From: an uncultured Thermoleophilia bacterium
GTDB taxonomy: Bacteria; Actinomycetota; Thermoleophilia; UBA2241
Direction: 5' to 3'
Assembly (NCBI GenBank): GCA_963739595.1
Contig: CAVUBA010000007.1
Location: 39,899-103,898 of the forward strand
Length of the DNA: 64,000 bases
The notes beneath the pieces were generated by a model. The model ran no database searches. It was not told the origin of the DNA and worked only from the letters and a program-made list of their open reading frames with translations. The translations under genes and the position numbers were made by a program. Shown piece after piece: positions 1 through 10,974 of this stretch (positions are counted from its first letter, which is position 1; every line of letters starts with the position of its first letter).

Positions 1-1300
1 CGGCGAGCAGGTCGACGACGCCCGAGCCGCAGATGCCGATGGGCTCGGCGCCGGTGATGGTCACGATCTCGGTGGCCTCACCGTCGGGAGCGATCTTGAC
101 GCGCTCGATGGCGCCGGCCACGGCCTTCATGCCGTTGCGGATCTGGTAGCCCTCGAACGCCGGGCCGGAGGCGCAGCTCGTCACGGTGACGCGGCCGTCG
201 TGCGCGAGGGCGATCTCGGTGTTGGTGCCGATGTCGATCGCCATGCTCGGCCGCTTCTTGGTGGCGAGCTTCGTGGCGGCGACCACGGCGAGGGCGTCCG
301 AGCCGACGAACCCGGCGATGGGCGGCGGGAAGTGCACGCCGCCGTCCGGGTTCATGTCGATGCCGAGCTCACTCGCCTTGTAGGTGAGCGGCTCGGCCGC
401 GGCCGGGGCGAACGGAGCCTGGCCGAGGCCGACGGGCGACAGGCCGAGGGCGAGGTGATGCATCGCCGTGTTGCCCACCACCGTCATGTCGCAGACGTGC
501 TTGGGGTGGACGTCCTGGCGCTCGTAGAGCACTTTGAGGTTCGCGTTGATGCCGCCCCGGACGGCCTCCGCGAGCGTCGCCGTCGCGTTGTGCTGTGAGG
601 CGTGGGCGATGCGGCTGATGACGTCCTCGCCGTAGCGCATCTGGGGGTTCTCGACCGCCTCCTGGTCGATCAGCGCGCCGCGCCGGAGGTCGAACAGGTA
701 GGCGATGACCTTGGACGTGCCGATGTCGACGGCGACGCCGTAGCACTCGCGGTCACGCTCGCCCGGGTGGACGTCGATGACGCGCTTGCCGTAGCACGTG
801 GCCGTGACCTTCCACTTGCCGTCACGCAGCGTGGCGGGAAGCTCCTCGAGGACGTGCAGCGGTACCTCGACCCCGCCGAGACCCTCGTCGAAGCGCTCCA
901 GGTCGGAGCGCTTGTCGGCCAGCGTCGGCGGCTCGAGCTGGATCGACCGCGTGCTCACCGCGGGATGCGCGGCGCCGTGCGTGAGCTTGGACGTGGTCAG
1001 GATGCGGCGCTGCCCGGCGGTGCCGCGCACCTCGATGCTGACGCGCGCCGAGCGAGGGTACGCCTGGCAGGCCAGGCGCCAGCCCTCGGCGCGCAGCTTC
1101 TCCGGGATGCGCTTGAGCTCACGCTCCGTCGGCGCCGTGAGCTCTCCCGAGCCCAGGCGGACGAGGCACTTGCCGCAGGTACCGCGGCCGGCACAGTCGG
1201 TGGGGATGTCGATCTGGGCGCGCACGAGCCCGTCGAGCAGGTTCTCCTGCTCATCGACGGTCAGCGTGAGGCCGATGGGCTCGACGAAGACTTTCGGCAC
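1..1300 (-). CDS. Corrinoid reductive activator (RamA/RACo family; N-terminal 2Fe-2S ferredoxin + ASKHA ATPase); runs off the window edge
   Basis: Manual minus-strand translation from GTG 1300 (AGGAGAG upstream): CAGRGTCGKC...RLACQ 2Fe-2S motif, then VAVDIGTS, NPQMRYGEDVISR, DIGTNTE, GPAFEG and GICGSG, typical of RACo activators. Confidence 0.9.
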   Translation of the reverse strand, partial: MPKVFVEPIGLTLTVDEQENLLDGLVRAQIDIPTDCAGRGTCGKCLVRLGSGELTAPTERELKRIPEKLRAEGWRLACQAYPRSARVSIEVRGTAGQRRILTTSKLTHGAAHPAVSTRSIQLEPPTLADKRSDLERFDEGLGGVEVPLHVLEELPATLRDGKWKVTATCYGKRVIDVHPGERDRECYGVAVDIGTSKVIAYLFDLRRGALIDQEAVENPQMRYGEDVISRIAHASQHNATATLAEAVRGGINANLKVLYERQDVHPKHVCDMTVVGNTAMHHLALGLSPVGLGQAPFAPAAAEPLTYKASELGIDMNPDGGVHFPPPIAGFVGSDALAVVAATKLATKKRPSMAIDIGTNTEIALAHDGRVTVTSCASGPAFEGYQIRNGMKAVAGAIERVKIAPDGEATEIVTITGAEPIGICGSGVVDLLA

Positions 1301-1356
1301 GTTCTCTCCTGCCTCGGTCCTTCCCCTCAGGCCTCCGCGCTCAGACTCGGGTCCCC

Positions 1357-2653
1357 TCAGACCCTCGCCTCGCCGAACACGTCGGCCATGCGGTTCTTGC
1401 GGTCGACGACCTTCTGCATGCGCGCGTCCCACACCTCGTTGAGCGTCGGGCCGTGGTTGGGCTCGAACATGCCGGCCACGCCCAGCCGCTCGCGGTCGGC
1501 GTCGCAGTTCTCGCAGTGGCACTGGCCCTCGACGTAGTCCTGGGGCTCCGTGTACGCGCTGATCACGCCCTCGTAGTTGCGCAGGATGACCTTGCCCGGC
1601 GCCTGGCTGATGACGTAGTTGGGGAAGACCGGTGTCTTCCCGCCGCCGCCGATGGCGTCGATGATGTAGGTCGGCACGCCGAAGCCGGTGGTGTGGCCGC
1701 GCAGGCTCTCGTAGATCTCGATGCCCTTGGAGACGCTGGTGCGGAAGTGGGCGGTGCCCTGCGCCAGGTCGCACTGGTAGTAGTAGTAGGGCTTGACGCG
1801 GTACTGCAGCAGCCGGTGGGAGAGCTTCTTCATCACGGCGGCGCAGTCGTTGATGCCGCGCATGAGCACCGTCTGGTTGCCCATCGGGATGCCGGCGTCG
1901 TTGAGCCGGTCGCAGGCCAGCTTGCTCTCGGCGGTGAACTCCTGCGGGTGGTTGAAGTGCGTGTTGAAGTAGATCGGCTGGTACTTGCTCAGCATCTCGA
2001 CCAGCTCGGGCGTGATGCGCTGCGGGCACACGACCGGCACGCGCGAGCCGATGCGGATGATCTCGACGTGGTCGATGGCGCGCACGCGCTTGAGGATGCT
2101 CTCGAGCTGCTCGTCGCTGAGGACCAGCGGGTCACCGCCGCTGATGAGCACGTCGCGGACCTCGGGGGAGCGCTCGATGTACTTGATCGCGTTGTCGATC
2201 TCGGTCTGGGCGACGATGTCCTCGGTGCCGCCGACCAGGCGGCGACGGGTGCAGTGGCGGCAGTACATGCTGCACATCTCGGTGACGACGAAGAGCACGC
2301 GGTCCGGGTAGCGGTGCGTGATGCGCGGCGTCGGCGAGTCGAAGTCCTCGGAGACGGCGTCCTCGATGTCCTCGGCGTGGATGACGAGCTCGGCCGGCGT
2401 CGGCACGGCCTGCATGCGCACTGGGTCCGTGCGAGTCGTCGGGATCCATGAGCGACGCGTAGTAGGGCGTGACGCTGACGCGGAACTTGCCCATGCACGC
2501 GTCGAGGTCCTTGCGCTGCGCGTCCGTGAGGTTCAGGACGCCGGCGAAGTCGTCGGTGGTGGTGAGGCGATTGCGCAGCTGCCAGCGGTAGTCGTTCCAC
2601 TCGGCGTCGCTGACGTCTTTGAATCGCGGTATGTCCTTGCGGTCTCTGATCAT
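1357..2653 (-). CDS. kamA: Lysine 2,3-aminomutase (KamA/AblA-type radical SAM, PLP); frameshift near 2425
   Basis: N-terminus MIRDRKDIPRF..WNDYRWQLRNR (ORF 2132..2746) joins ORF 1357..2421: THRYPDR, CSMYCRHCTRRR, LISGGDPL, GGGGKTPV (PLP Lys), C-terminal CHCENC zinc site, closely like clostridial LAM. Confidence 0.9.
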
Positions 2654-2831
2654 GTGAGCGTCTCCTTCTCCGCGAGGCCCCTGACCCCCGCGGCTCCCTG
2701 CTTCACCGCTACGTCCGGCGATCAAGTCGCCGGGACGATGATGCACCCTTGCATACAGAGTTTACAGCGTCGGCCCGTGGGCCGTCGCCGGACTTGTGCG
2801 GCGCGGGCCGTCGCAGGCCCGCCCGCGTCAG

Positions 2832-4252
2832 CTACAGCCCGGGTCCCGCGATGATGCGTTCGATCACGCCGCGAGCCTCGGCGCCGAGCGGCACGGCAGT
2901 GTGCTCGGCGAGCAGCTGACGCCGCGAGGGCGGTCGCCTTCTCGTAGGCGCCTTCCCTGCCGGAGGCGATCCAGGCGTCCCACATGGTGCGGTCGAGCAG
3001 CCGGGGACGCCACACGTCCTTCATGTGCCGGCGCGTGTGGCGCTGGCCGAGGTAGTTGCCGCCGATGCCGACCTGCTTGATCGCGTCCAGCGCGATGGTC
3101 TCGTCGTCGACGTCGATGCCGGCGGCGATCGCCGCGTTCCAGCTGAAGATCTCGCTGTCCATGACCAGCTGCTGCGGGCTGAATGCGGTGGCGGCGCCGA
3201 GGGTGCCGGCTCCGCCGGTCACGTCGGCGCCCGACGCCGTGGTCGTCATGGAGACGAACGCGTCCTGCTGACAGGCCTGCCAGTCGGGCTCGTGGCTGGT
3301 GGTGCGCAGGCCGCCGGCGACGAGCGGCAGGCCCACGTGGGCCGCGAGCTGGGCGGCGGCGAGCTGGAACAGCGACGCCGACGGTCCGCGCCGGCAGGCC
3401 GGCGGCCGCGGGATCGGCGACGTAGAAGAACGGCGCGCCGGGGGCCGCGGCCTGGACGGCCGCGCAGCCGGCGAGCACGCCGGCGTGGTGGCGGATGAGG
3501 GCGGGGCCCAGGTCGGCCGCCTCGGCCGCGCCGGCCTCGCCGGTCATCGCGGACGGAGATGACGGCGGCGCAGGCACGCCGGAGGCCGCGTCGGCCGGCG
3601 CCAGGACCACGCCGACGGGCAGGCCGGCGCGGGCGAAGACCAGCGCCGCCTCCAGCGCGTCGGCGCCGCCGCAGAGCGAGAGCGGCGGGCGGCGGCGCGC
3701 CTCGTCGGCGGAGCCGGCGACGGACGCCGCCATCGACACGGCCGCCTCGGCCTCGGCGGCGGTCGTCAGCAGTCCCGCGATCACGTGCTTGCTGGAGCCC
3801 GCGAAGCAGCGCGCCAGCGCGCCCAGCCCGGGGACGCCGGCCGCGCGCAGCGGCGGGCCGGCGAGCACGCCCACCTGGGGCAGCGCGTCGGCGAGCCGGA
3901 CGGCGTCGTCCAGGTCGGCGGCGGTCGCCGGGACGGAGTCGCCGCCGGCGAGGCGGCGGACCCGCTCGGGGACGCCGGCCGGCCCGGCGGTCGCGGCGCC
4001 GGCGGCCAGCCACACGAGGCCGGCGCCAAGCTGCACGTCGTGCTCCGGCACGCGGCCGGCGAGGACGAAGCTCGACGGCGCCGACTGGGCCGCGGCCTCA
4101 GCCGCGGCGCCGTCGGCGCCAAGCAGCTCCAGCGCCGCCGCGTGCACGCGCGCGACGTCGTCGTCGCTCAGCACGCGCAGGGCGAGGCGCGCCTGGACGG
4201 TCATGATGGGGCGCGCCTCCACGGGCTGCGTCGCGCTCGTCGGCTCGGTCAT
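2832..4252 (-). CDS. Divergent, internally shortened trimethylamine methyltransferase (MttB superfamily, non-Pyl); frameshifted
   Basis: Starts MTEPTSATQP..LSDDDVARVHAAALELL. C-terminal half has EPDWQA, FSPQQLVMDSEI, ETIALDAIKQVGIGGNYLGQRHT. Indels near 3385 and 2920; stop TAG at 2832-2834. Confidence 0.75.
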
Positions 4253-5686
4253 CGGCTGCTCCCTTCTGCCTCGGCGAGCACGGCCTGCAGCCGGTCGCGG
4301 ATCGTCTGCTCCAGCGCGAACGCGCGCGGCTCGTCGCGCAGCTCCTGCGTGCGCACGGCCACGCGCTCCTTGAGCGTCGTCGCGCCGGCGGCGGCCCAGC
4401 GATCGTGGGTCGCGCGGTCGAACAGCGCGCGGCGCCCACGTCTCGCGGTGGTGCTGGCGCGTGTAGCCCCGGCCCAGGTGACTGCCGCCGGGGCCGACGG
4501 CGTCGATCTCGTTGAGCGCCAGCGACTCATCGTCGACGCCGACCTCGACGAGCAGCGCGCGGGCGTAGCCCACCAGCTCGTCGCCGAGGACGATCGTGTC
4601 GTAGCTGCTCTGCAGGCCGCTCTCCAGGTAGCCGACGTCGTGCAGCAGCGTGGCGCGGCTGAGCGCGCCGAGCACCGCGGTGATGCCGGCCTCGGCGGCC
4701 CACTGCTCGTCGAACGTCTTGGCGTCGGCGACCGCCGCGTAGGCGAAGCTCGGCAGGCCGTAGAAGCGCGCCAGGTCGGTCGCGGCGGCGTTGCCGAGGA
4801 AGTGCTCGGGCGCGCCGTACACGTCGACGGCGGTGCGCATGTCGAAGGCGCCGCAGCCGACGCCGTAGACGAACGGCGCGCCGCTGCGCGTCAGCTGATG
4901 GACGACGAGCCCGCTCAGCGTCTCGGCGTTGCCGATGACGATGGTCGCGGTCATGGACGCCGGCGCCGTGGTGCCCGCGGCGGGCGCCGGCGCGTAGACG
5001 AGCGGGATGTCGAGCTCGGCGCAGGCCCGGACCTTGTCCAGCGCCTCGCCGCTGTGGATGAGCGGCGGGTTGGGCATGGCGTAGCAGCCGAAGCTCCTGG
5101 CCTCGCCGCACATGGCGGCCATGTCCTTCATGCGGCGCAGGGAGACTGCGTCGTGCGCCGTGGTCAGCAGCGGCTTGCGCGTGCCGGCGAGCATGGCGGC
5201 GAACTGGGCGAGGTCGCCGATCTCCGCCGCCACGTCGTTCGGCAGGCCCATGCTCATGACGAAGTCGAGGTTGGGCAGCTTCTCCGCGAGCGCGGCCATG
5301 CCCTCGACGTCGGCGGTCGTGCTCTGGCGGCGTTCGCCGGTGTCGGGGTCGGTGACGTAGACACAGTCCGACCCCGTGCCGAAGTAGCTCTTGCCGTCCT
5401 CGAGCTCGAGGCCGCCGAGCTCGCCGCGGCGCGCGTGGCCCTCGCCGCCGGACGCGCCGCGCTCCTTGAGCTTGAAGTGGCGCGGCGCGCTCTGCAGGGC
5501 GGCGTCCACCAGGGCGGCCGGGATGCGGGCGCGCGTCCCTTCGACGCGCGCGCCCGCCTCCGCCAGCTGCTCGCGCGCGCCGGCGTGGCGGACCTCCACG
5601 CCGGTCTCCTCGAGCAGCGCGAGCGTCGCCTCGTGGACGCGCCAGCAGGCGGCGTCGTCCCAGACGGTGAGGCGGGCGGCGGGCAT
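4249..5686 (-). CDS. MttB-superfamily corrinoid methyltransferase (non-Pyl); frameshift near 4435
   Basis: RVHEATLALLEETGV, GTTAPASMTATIVIGNAETLSG, GLPSFAYAAVADAK, LHDVGYLESG, VGPGGSHL. The C-terminus is in ORF 4249..4530. Confidence 0.9.
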
Positions 5687-5708
5687 CAGCGGGTCAGGCG
5701 GCAGGCCA

Positions 5709-7176
5709 TCAGGCCCCCGCCAGCTCCTTGTCGGCGCGCGCGACGATCGCGCGCAGCTCGTTCACCACGTCCTCCGGCAGCGGCTCGGGCTGGTAGTTCG
5801 CCAGGATGTCGTCGGCGATCTCCGTCGCCTTCTCCAGGGCGCCCTTCTTGCCCTCGCGCAGCCAGTTGTCGTAGGGGGTGCGGTCCCAGACCGTGGGGCG
5901 CCAGATCTCCTTCATGTGCTGGCGCGTGTGCTTCTCGGCGAGGTACGTGCCGTTGTGCCCGACCTTCTTGATCACGTCGAGCGCCAGCGTCTCGTCGTCG
6001 ACGACGATGCCGTCCGCGACCTTCTGGACGATGCCGTAGATCTCGGTCTCCATGACCATGTGCGGGTAGCTGAGGATCTTGGAGCCGTTCAGCAGCCCGG
6101 CGCCGTTCATCATGTCGGCGTTGGTCATCACGCTGGCGAAGGTGCTGAGCGAGTCGTCGATGGCGGCCTGCCAGTCGGGCTCCTTGGCGCCGGTGGCCAT
6201 GGTGCCCATCGCCATCGGCACGCCGTAGAAGTGCGCGAGCTGGGTGGAGGCGCCGGCGAGGAGGTAGTCCTCGGGCGAGCCGCCGGTGTAGCCGCCGGTC
6301 TTGAGGTCGATGACGCTCGGGGCGCCGGCGAAGAACGCCGGCACGCCGGGATAGGCGAGCTCGAGGAGCACGACGCCGCTGAGCGCCTCGGCGTTCTGGA
6401 CCACGAGGTTGCCGGCCAGCGTCGCCGGGCCGGTGCCGGCCGCGAGCGGCATGGGCATGAAGCCGCTGGCCAGCCCGTGCTCGGCGGCCACGAGGTTGGC
6501 CTCGAGGTTGGGGCCGTCGTGCGCCGAGCGGGTCGACGGCGCACTGCATGAAGCTGAGGATCGGGCGCTCGCGCAGCTTGTCCGTGCCGCCGGTGATGGC
6601 GGCCGCCATCTCGACGAGGTAGCGGGCGGGCTTCTCGCCGACGGTGGTCACCGTCTGGAAGTGCTTGCTGGTGTTGGTGAACACGGCCTCGGCGTCGTGC
6701 AGCGCCTTGGTCGCCGGCGGCACGTCCTGGCTGGTGACCACGGGGCCCCAGTAGTAGCTGATGCTGGGCAGCGCGTCGACGAAGCGGGCGCTGGTCGCCG
6801 CGTCGGCCTTGGTGCTCGGCCGCTTCTCGCCCGTCTTGTGGTCGAACACGAAGACGCCGGAGCCGTCGTTGCTCAGGTAGCAGTGCTTGCCGTCGATGAG
6901 CATGTCGCAGGCGGGGTCGCGGCCGGCGAGCACGTAGCTGTCGGGCACCTGCGAGACGGCCTCCATGACGACCGCGCGAGGGAGCTTGGCGACCTGCGTC
7001 GCGCGGTCGACCTCACAGCCGTTCTTCTCGAGGACGTCGAGGGCGCGCTCGCTCGGGAACCGGATGCCCACCGTCTCGAGCACGTCGAGCGTGGCCTCGT
7101 GGATGCGCTCGAGCTCGCTGGGGTTCAGCACGTCCCACCAGAGACGGGGGGCGATGGGGTTGATTCGGGAAGTCAT
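5709..7176 (-). CDS. MttB-superfamily corrinoid methyltransferase (non-Pyl); frameshift near 6525
   Basis: RIHEATLDVLETVGIRF, GTGPATLAGNLVVQNAEALSG, DLKTGGYTGGSPE, GAKEPDWQA, ETLALDVIKKVG (ORFs 5686..7176 and 5709..6491). Confidence 0.9.
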
Positions 7177-7426
7177 TGCGGCAACCTCGCAGGGGTCCGA
7201 CGACGGCAGGTCAGGGTGGAGTCGGCAGCGGGCGGGCAGTCGCGGTGTTGCTCAGAAGGAGCCCGTCCGCGGAGGCGGAGGGCTTACAGACCGCAGGAGC
7301 GGTTGATCGTGCTGATGCTGATGTTGGCTGCGTCGGGCACGGGCCGGAGTCTATCACCGGGCCCACGCGCGGCAAACCGCTGCGAGACGCCGCAGAGTGC
7401 CGCACGTGCAGCGGTTTTTGCCGCAC

Positions 7427-8841
7427 TCACGTCCCGGGCCGGCAGGCCTCGACGTCCGCGAGGATCCGGTCGAGGCCCGCCTTCACGTCGTCCGGCAGCT
7501 CGAAGGCGCGCGGCTCGGAGCGCAGCTCCGCGACCCGCGCCCGCAGGCGGTCGAGCAGCGTCTTCGACCCGTCCGCCTCCCAGGCGTCGTGGCGGGTCGT
7601 GTCGAAGAGGTCGCTCTGCCAGATCTGCCGGAAGTGCTTGCGCGTGTACGGCCGGGCCAGGTGGTTGCCGCCCGGCCCCACCGCCTTGATCTCGTCCAGC
7701 GCCAGCGCCTCGTCGTCCACGGCCAGCGGCGCCATGAACGCCTTGGCCCAGCCGAGCAGGTGGTCGCCGAAGACGATCGACTCGTAGCTGCTCTGCAGCC
7801 CGCACTCGAGGTAGCCGACGTCGTGGAGCAGCGTCCCGCGCGAGAGCTTGCCGAGGATCGCCGGTCAGCGCCGCCTCGGCGCTCCACTGCTCGTCGAGCA
7901 CCTTGCTGTCGGTGTGCGCCGCGTAGGCGAAGCTCGGCAGGTCGTACCAGCGCGCGAGGTCCGTCTGCGCCTGGTGGCCGCGGAACACGTCGGCGGACGA
8001 GTACACCTCGTTCATCGTCCGCATGTTCATCGCTCCCACCCCGACGCCCCAGACGAACGGCGCGCCCGGCCTGACGGCCTGGCTCAGCACGAGGCCGGCG
8101 AGCACCTCGGCGTTGGCCACGACGATCACGGCCGCGACGCTCGCCGGCGCCGTGCGTGCCGGCGTTGGGCGCCGGCGCCCAGATCACCGGGATGCCGAGC
8201 TCGGCGCAGGCGATCACCTTGCTGGCGCCGTCCTCGTCGAAGAGCAGCGGCGGCACCGGCATCGCGTAGATGCCGAAGCTGTCGGCCTCGCCGGCCAGCG
8301 CCGCCATCTCCTTCATCTTGGCGAGGATGTGGCCGTCGCGCGGCGCGACCAGCAGCGGCTTGCGCGTGCCGCGCATCATGGCGTCGACCTGGACCAGGTC
8401 GTCGATGGCCTGCGGCGCGTCTTCCGGCAGGCCCATGCTCATCACGAAGTCGATGTTGGGCAGCTTCTCGCAAAGCGCGGCCATGCCCTCGACGTCGGCG
8501 CGGCGGACGCGGCGACGCTCGCGCGTGTCGGGGTCGCACACGTAGAGGACGTCGGAGCCGGTGCCGCAGTAGGTGTGCGCGGCGTCGAGGACGAGCGGCT
8601 CGGTGTCGCCGCCGCGCGGCTTGATCGTCCAGTCGCGCGGCGCACTCCTGATGGCGGCCTCCACGAGCTCGGCCGGGATGCGCACCCGCGTGCCGTCGAC
8701 CTGTGCTCCGGCCTTCGCGAAGATCTCGGCGGCCGGCGCGTACCGCACCTCGATGCCGGTCTCGGCGAGCACGTCGAGCGTCGCTTCGTGGACGCGCCGG
8801 CAGGCGTCGTCGTCCCAGATCGTCAGGCGAGCTGCGTTCAT
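7427..8841 (-). CDS. MttB-superfamily corrinoid methyltransferase (non-Pyl); frameshifts near 8155 and 7860; paralogue of 4249-5686
   Basis: MNAARLTIWDD..RVHEATLDVLAETG, NAEVLAG, DLPSFAYAAHTDSK, VGPGGNHL. GGAGG RBS upstream. Confidence 0.9.
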
Positions 8842-9103
8842 GTCGCCCCCTCCTCGCTCTCGTGATGGCCGGGCCGCGCCGCGCGGGACCGGATGGCGCG
8901 ATGATGGCGCCGGGCTCTGGTTGGACGCCCGAGCGAGGGCAAACCGTCGGCTCGGGCGGGGCGCGACTCTACCACCGGAGCACAGATGCGCCGTCGCGCC
9001 GTCGCGGTCTGATAGAGCGACGGCCCGCACCCGATCACGGGGTGCGGGCCGTCGAAGGAGGCGCCGCGCAAGGGGGATGACGGCGCCCATCGGGCGTCCG
9101 AGC

Positions 9104-10957
9104 CTACTCGTCGACCTCGCGCCCGCCCCGCCGCCGCACTACCAGGAACGCGACCAGCGAGATGACGGCAACGACGATCATCGCCACGACGATCCATGCG
9201 CTCGAACTGCCCGCGCCGGCCGTCTCGCTGGCGGTCGCCGGCTTCAGATTGACGTAGGTGTCGACGTTACCGGCCGTGAAGAACGCGGGGCCGTTGCCGT
9301 CCATGACCCGCGTCCAGCCGGTCCACCTTGAGGTGTTGTAGGCCTGGAAGAAGTCGGGGTAGGCGACGACGATCCACGGCGTCTGCTCGTACATGATCTG
9401 CTGCATGCGCCAGATCGTCTGCTGGCGCTGAAGGGGGTCGAGCTGGCTCGCCTGCTGTTCCCCGAGCTTGTCGTACTCGGCGTTCGACCAGCAGGGTTCG
9501 TTGGTGGCCCCGATCTGCTGTGTGGTGTTCGCAAGCAGCGTCTGGCCCGGGTCCATGTAGCCGAGCCAGCTGTTGATGTACAGGTCGAAGTCGGGCTTGT
9601 ACGTGGCGCCCTCGAAGTTCCAGATGCGGGCGTTCAGCGCCCCGGCGTCGAGCACGGTGAACTCGACCTTGATGCCGAGCTGCTTGAGCCAGCCGGTGAT
9701 CAGCTTGCCCTCGGTCTGGGACGACACGTTGTCCGTGCTCGCGTAGAGGCGGAGCTCGATCGGCTTGCCGCTCTTGTCGACGCGGCTTCCACCCTTGAGC
9801 GGGTAGCCCGCCGCGTCCAGCAGCTGCGCGGCCTTCGCCAGGTCGAAGCCCATCTCCTCGCTCGCCGACGGCTGCCAGTGGAAGTCCGGGTCCTGCCAGG
9901 TCTTGGGCGGCAGGATGGTCGTGCCCGGAGCGGCGAACCCCTGGAACGCGATCGCGCACAGCTTCGCCCGGTCGACCGCGTAGTTCAGCGCGTTGCGGAA
10001 CGTGGAGTCCCTGAGCACGGGGTTGCCCAGCGAATCCGGGCTCTCGTAGCAGTTGAAGTTGAGGTACTCCCAGTTGTAGTAGTGGTAGGCGATCGCCTGG
10101 GTCCCGGGCTCCGACTGCAGCGTGCGGAACTGCGCGACCGGGATGCCCCAGGCCGCGTCAAGGCTCCCCGACTTGTAGTCCATGGTCATCGTGTCCGGGT
10201 TCTCGTAGCTGGCGAAGATGAGCTCGTCCAGGGTCGGCCGCGTACCGTAGTAGTAGGGGTTGCGCGTCATGCGCAGGTACTTGCCCTTCACCCACTCGGT
10301 CACCTGGAACGGGCCGCTCCCGACGATCGGCACCGGATTCGTGAAGCTGGTGGTCGCCGCCTTCGGCGACACCTTGCTCCACACGTGCTCGGGGACGATG
10401 GGGATGAACACGCGCTCCATGTCGGCCTTGGGCCGCGAGCAGGTGATCTGCACCGTCGTCGGGTCCAGTGCCTTGGCGCCGATGATCCCTTGCGTCGCGA
10501 GCGCCAGGTTGAACATGTGGTTCTTGACGATGTAGTTGTAGGTGAAGGCGACGTCGGAGGCGGTCAGCGCCTGACCGTCGCTCCACTTCAGGCCCGGCTT
10601 GAGGTGGATGGTCCACACCTTGCCGTCCGCCGACAGGCCGCCGTTCTCCTTGGTCGGGAACTCGCTCGCCAGGTCGAGGGTCGGCTTGCTCGTCGTGCCG
10701 AACCCGAACAGGAAGCTGTAGTTGATCGACCAGATCTCGTAGTCCTGGTTCTGCCAGCCGACGAACGGGTTCAGGTTGTCCGGCTCGACCGTCCAGCCGA
10801 TCTTGAGCTGGAGAGGAGCGGCGGAACCTGACGGTTCAGGGCTCGACGCCTGCGCCGTCGCCGCGCCCAGCAGACCCAGCGCGAGCGCGACGAGCGCGAG
10901 CAGTGCGAAGCGGCGCACGCTGCCGTGGCGCGCGCTCCCGCGGCGTGCCTTCTTCAT
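9104..10957 (-). CDS. ABC transporter substrate-binding protein (oligopeptide/nickel family 5) with signal peptide and C-terminal membrane anchor
   Basis: MKKARR + hydrophobic signal, PDNLNPF, GLKWSDGQALTASDVAFTY, VGSGPFQV, FRNALNYAVDR. C-terminal hydrophobic helix followed by RRR. Confidence 0.88.
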   Translation of the reverse strand: MKKARRGSARHGSVRRFALLALVALALGLLGAATAQASSPEPSGSAAPLQLKIGWTVEPDNLNPFVGWQNQDYEIWSINYSFLFGFGTTSKPTLDLASEFPTKENGGLSADGKVWTIHLKPGLKWSDGQALTASDVAFTYNYIVKNHMFNLALATQGIIGAKALDPTTVQITCSRPKADMERVFIPIVPEHVWSKVSPKAATTSFTNPVPIVGSGPFQVTEWVKGKYLRMTRNPYYYGTRPTLDELIFASYENPDTMTMDYKSGSLDAAWGIPVAQFRTLQSEPGTQAIAYHYYNWEYLNFNCYESPDSLGNPVLRDSTFRNALNYAVDRAKLCAIAFQGFAAPGTTILPPKTWQDPDFHWQPSASEEMGFDLAKAAQLLDAAGYPLKGGSRVDKSGKPIELRLYASTDNVSSQTEGKLITGWLKQLGIKVEFTVLDAGALNARIWNFEGATYKPDFDLYINSWLGYMDPGQTLLANTTQQIGATNEPCWSNAEYDKLGEQQASQLDPLQRQQTIWRMQQIMYEQTPWIVVAYPDFFQAYNTSRWTGWTRVMDGNGPAFFTAGNVDTYVNLKPATASETAGAGSSSAWIVVAMIVVAVISLVAFLVVRRRGGREVDE

Positions 10958-10974
10958 GGTCTCCCCCTTCTCGT

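Noticed and set aside
1357-2653. Radical SAM lysine mutase as pyrrolysine biosynthesis PylB
   Set aside because: It has KamA hallmarks (THRYPDR, GGGGK PLP lysine, C-terminal zinc cysteines); PylB is BioB/HydE-like and PLP-independent.
2864-5686. 940-aa tandem MttB fusion
   Set aside because: An indel near 4435 bypasses the true stop at 4249; these are two genes with an ATGA overlap.
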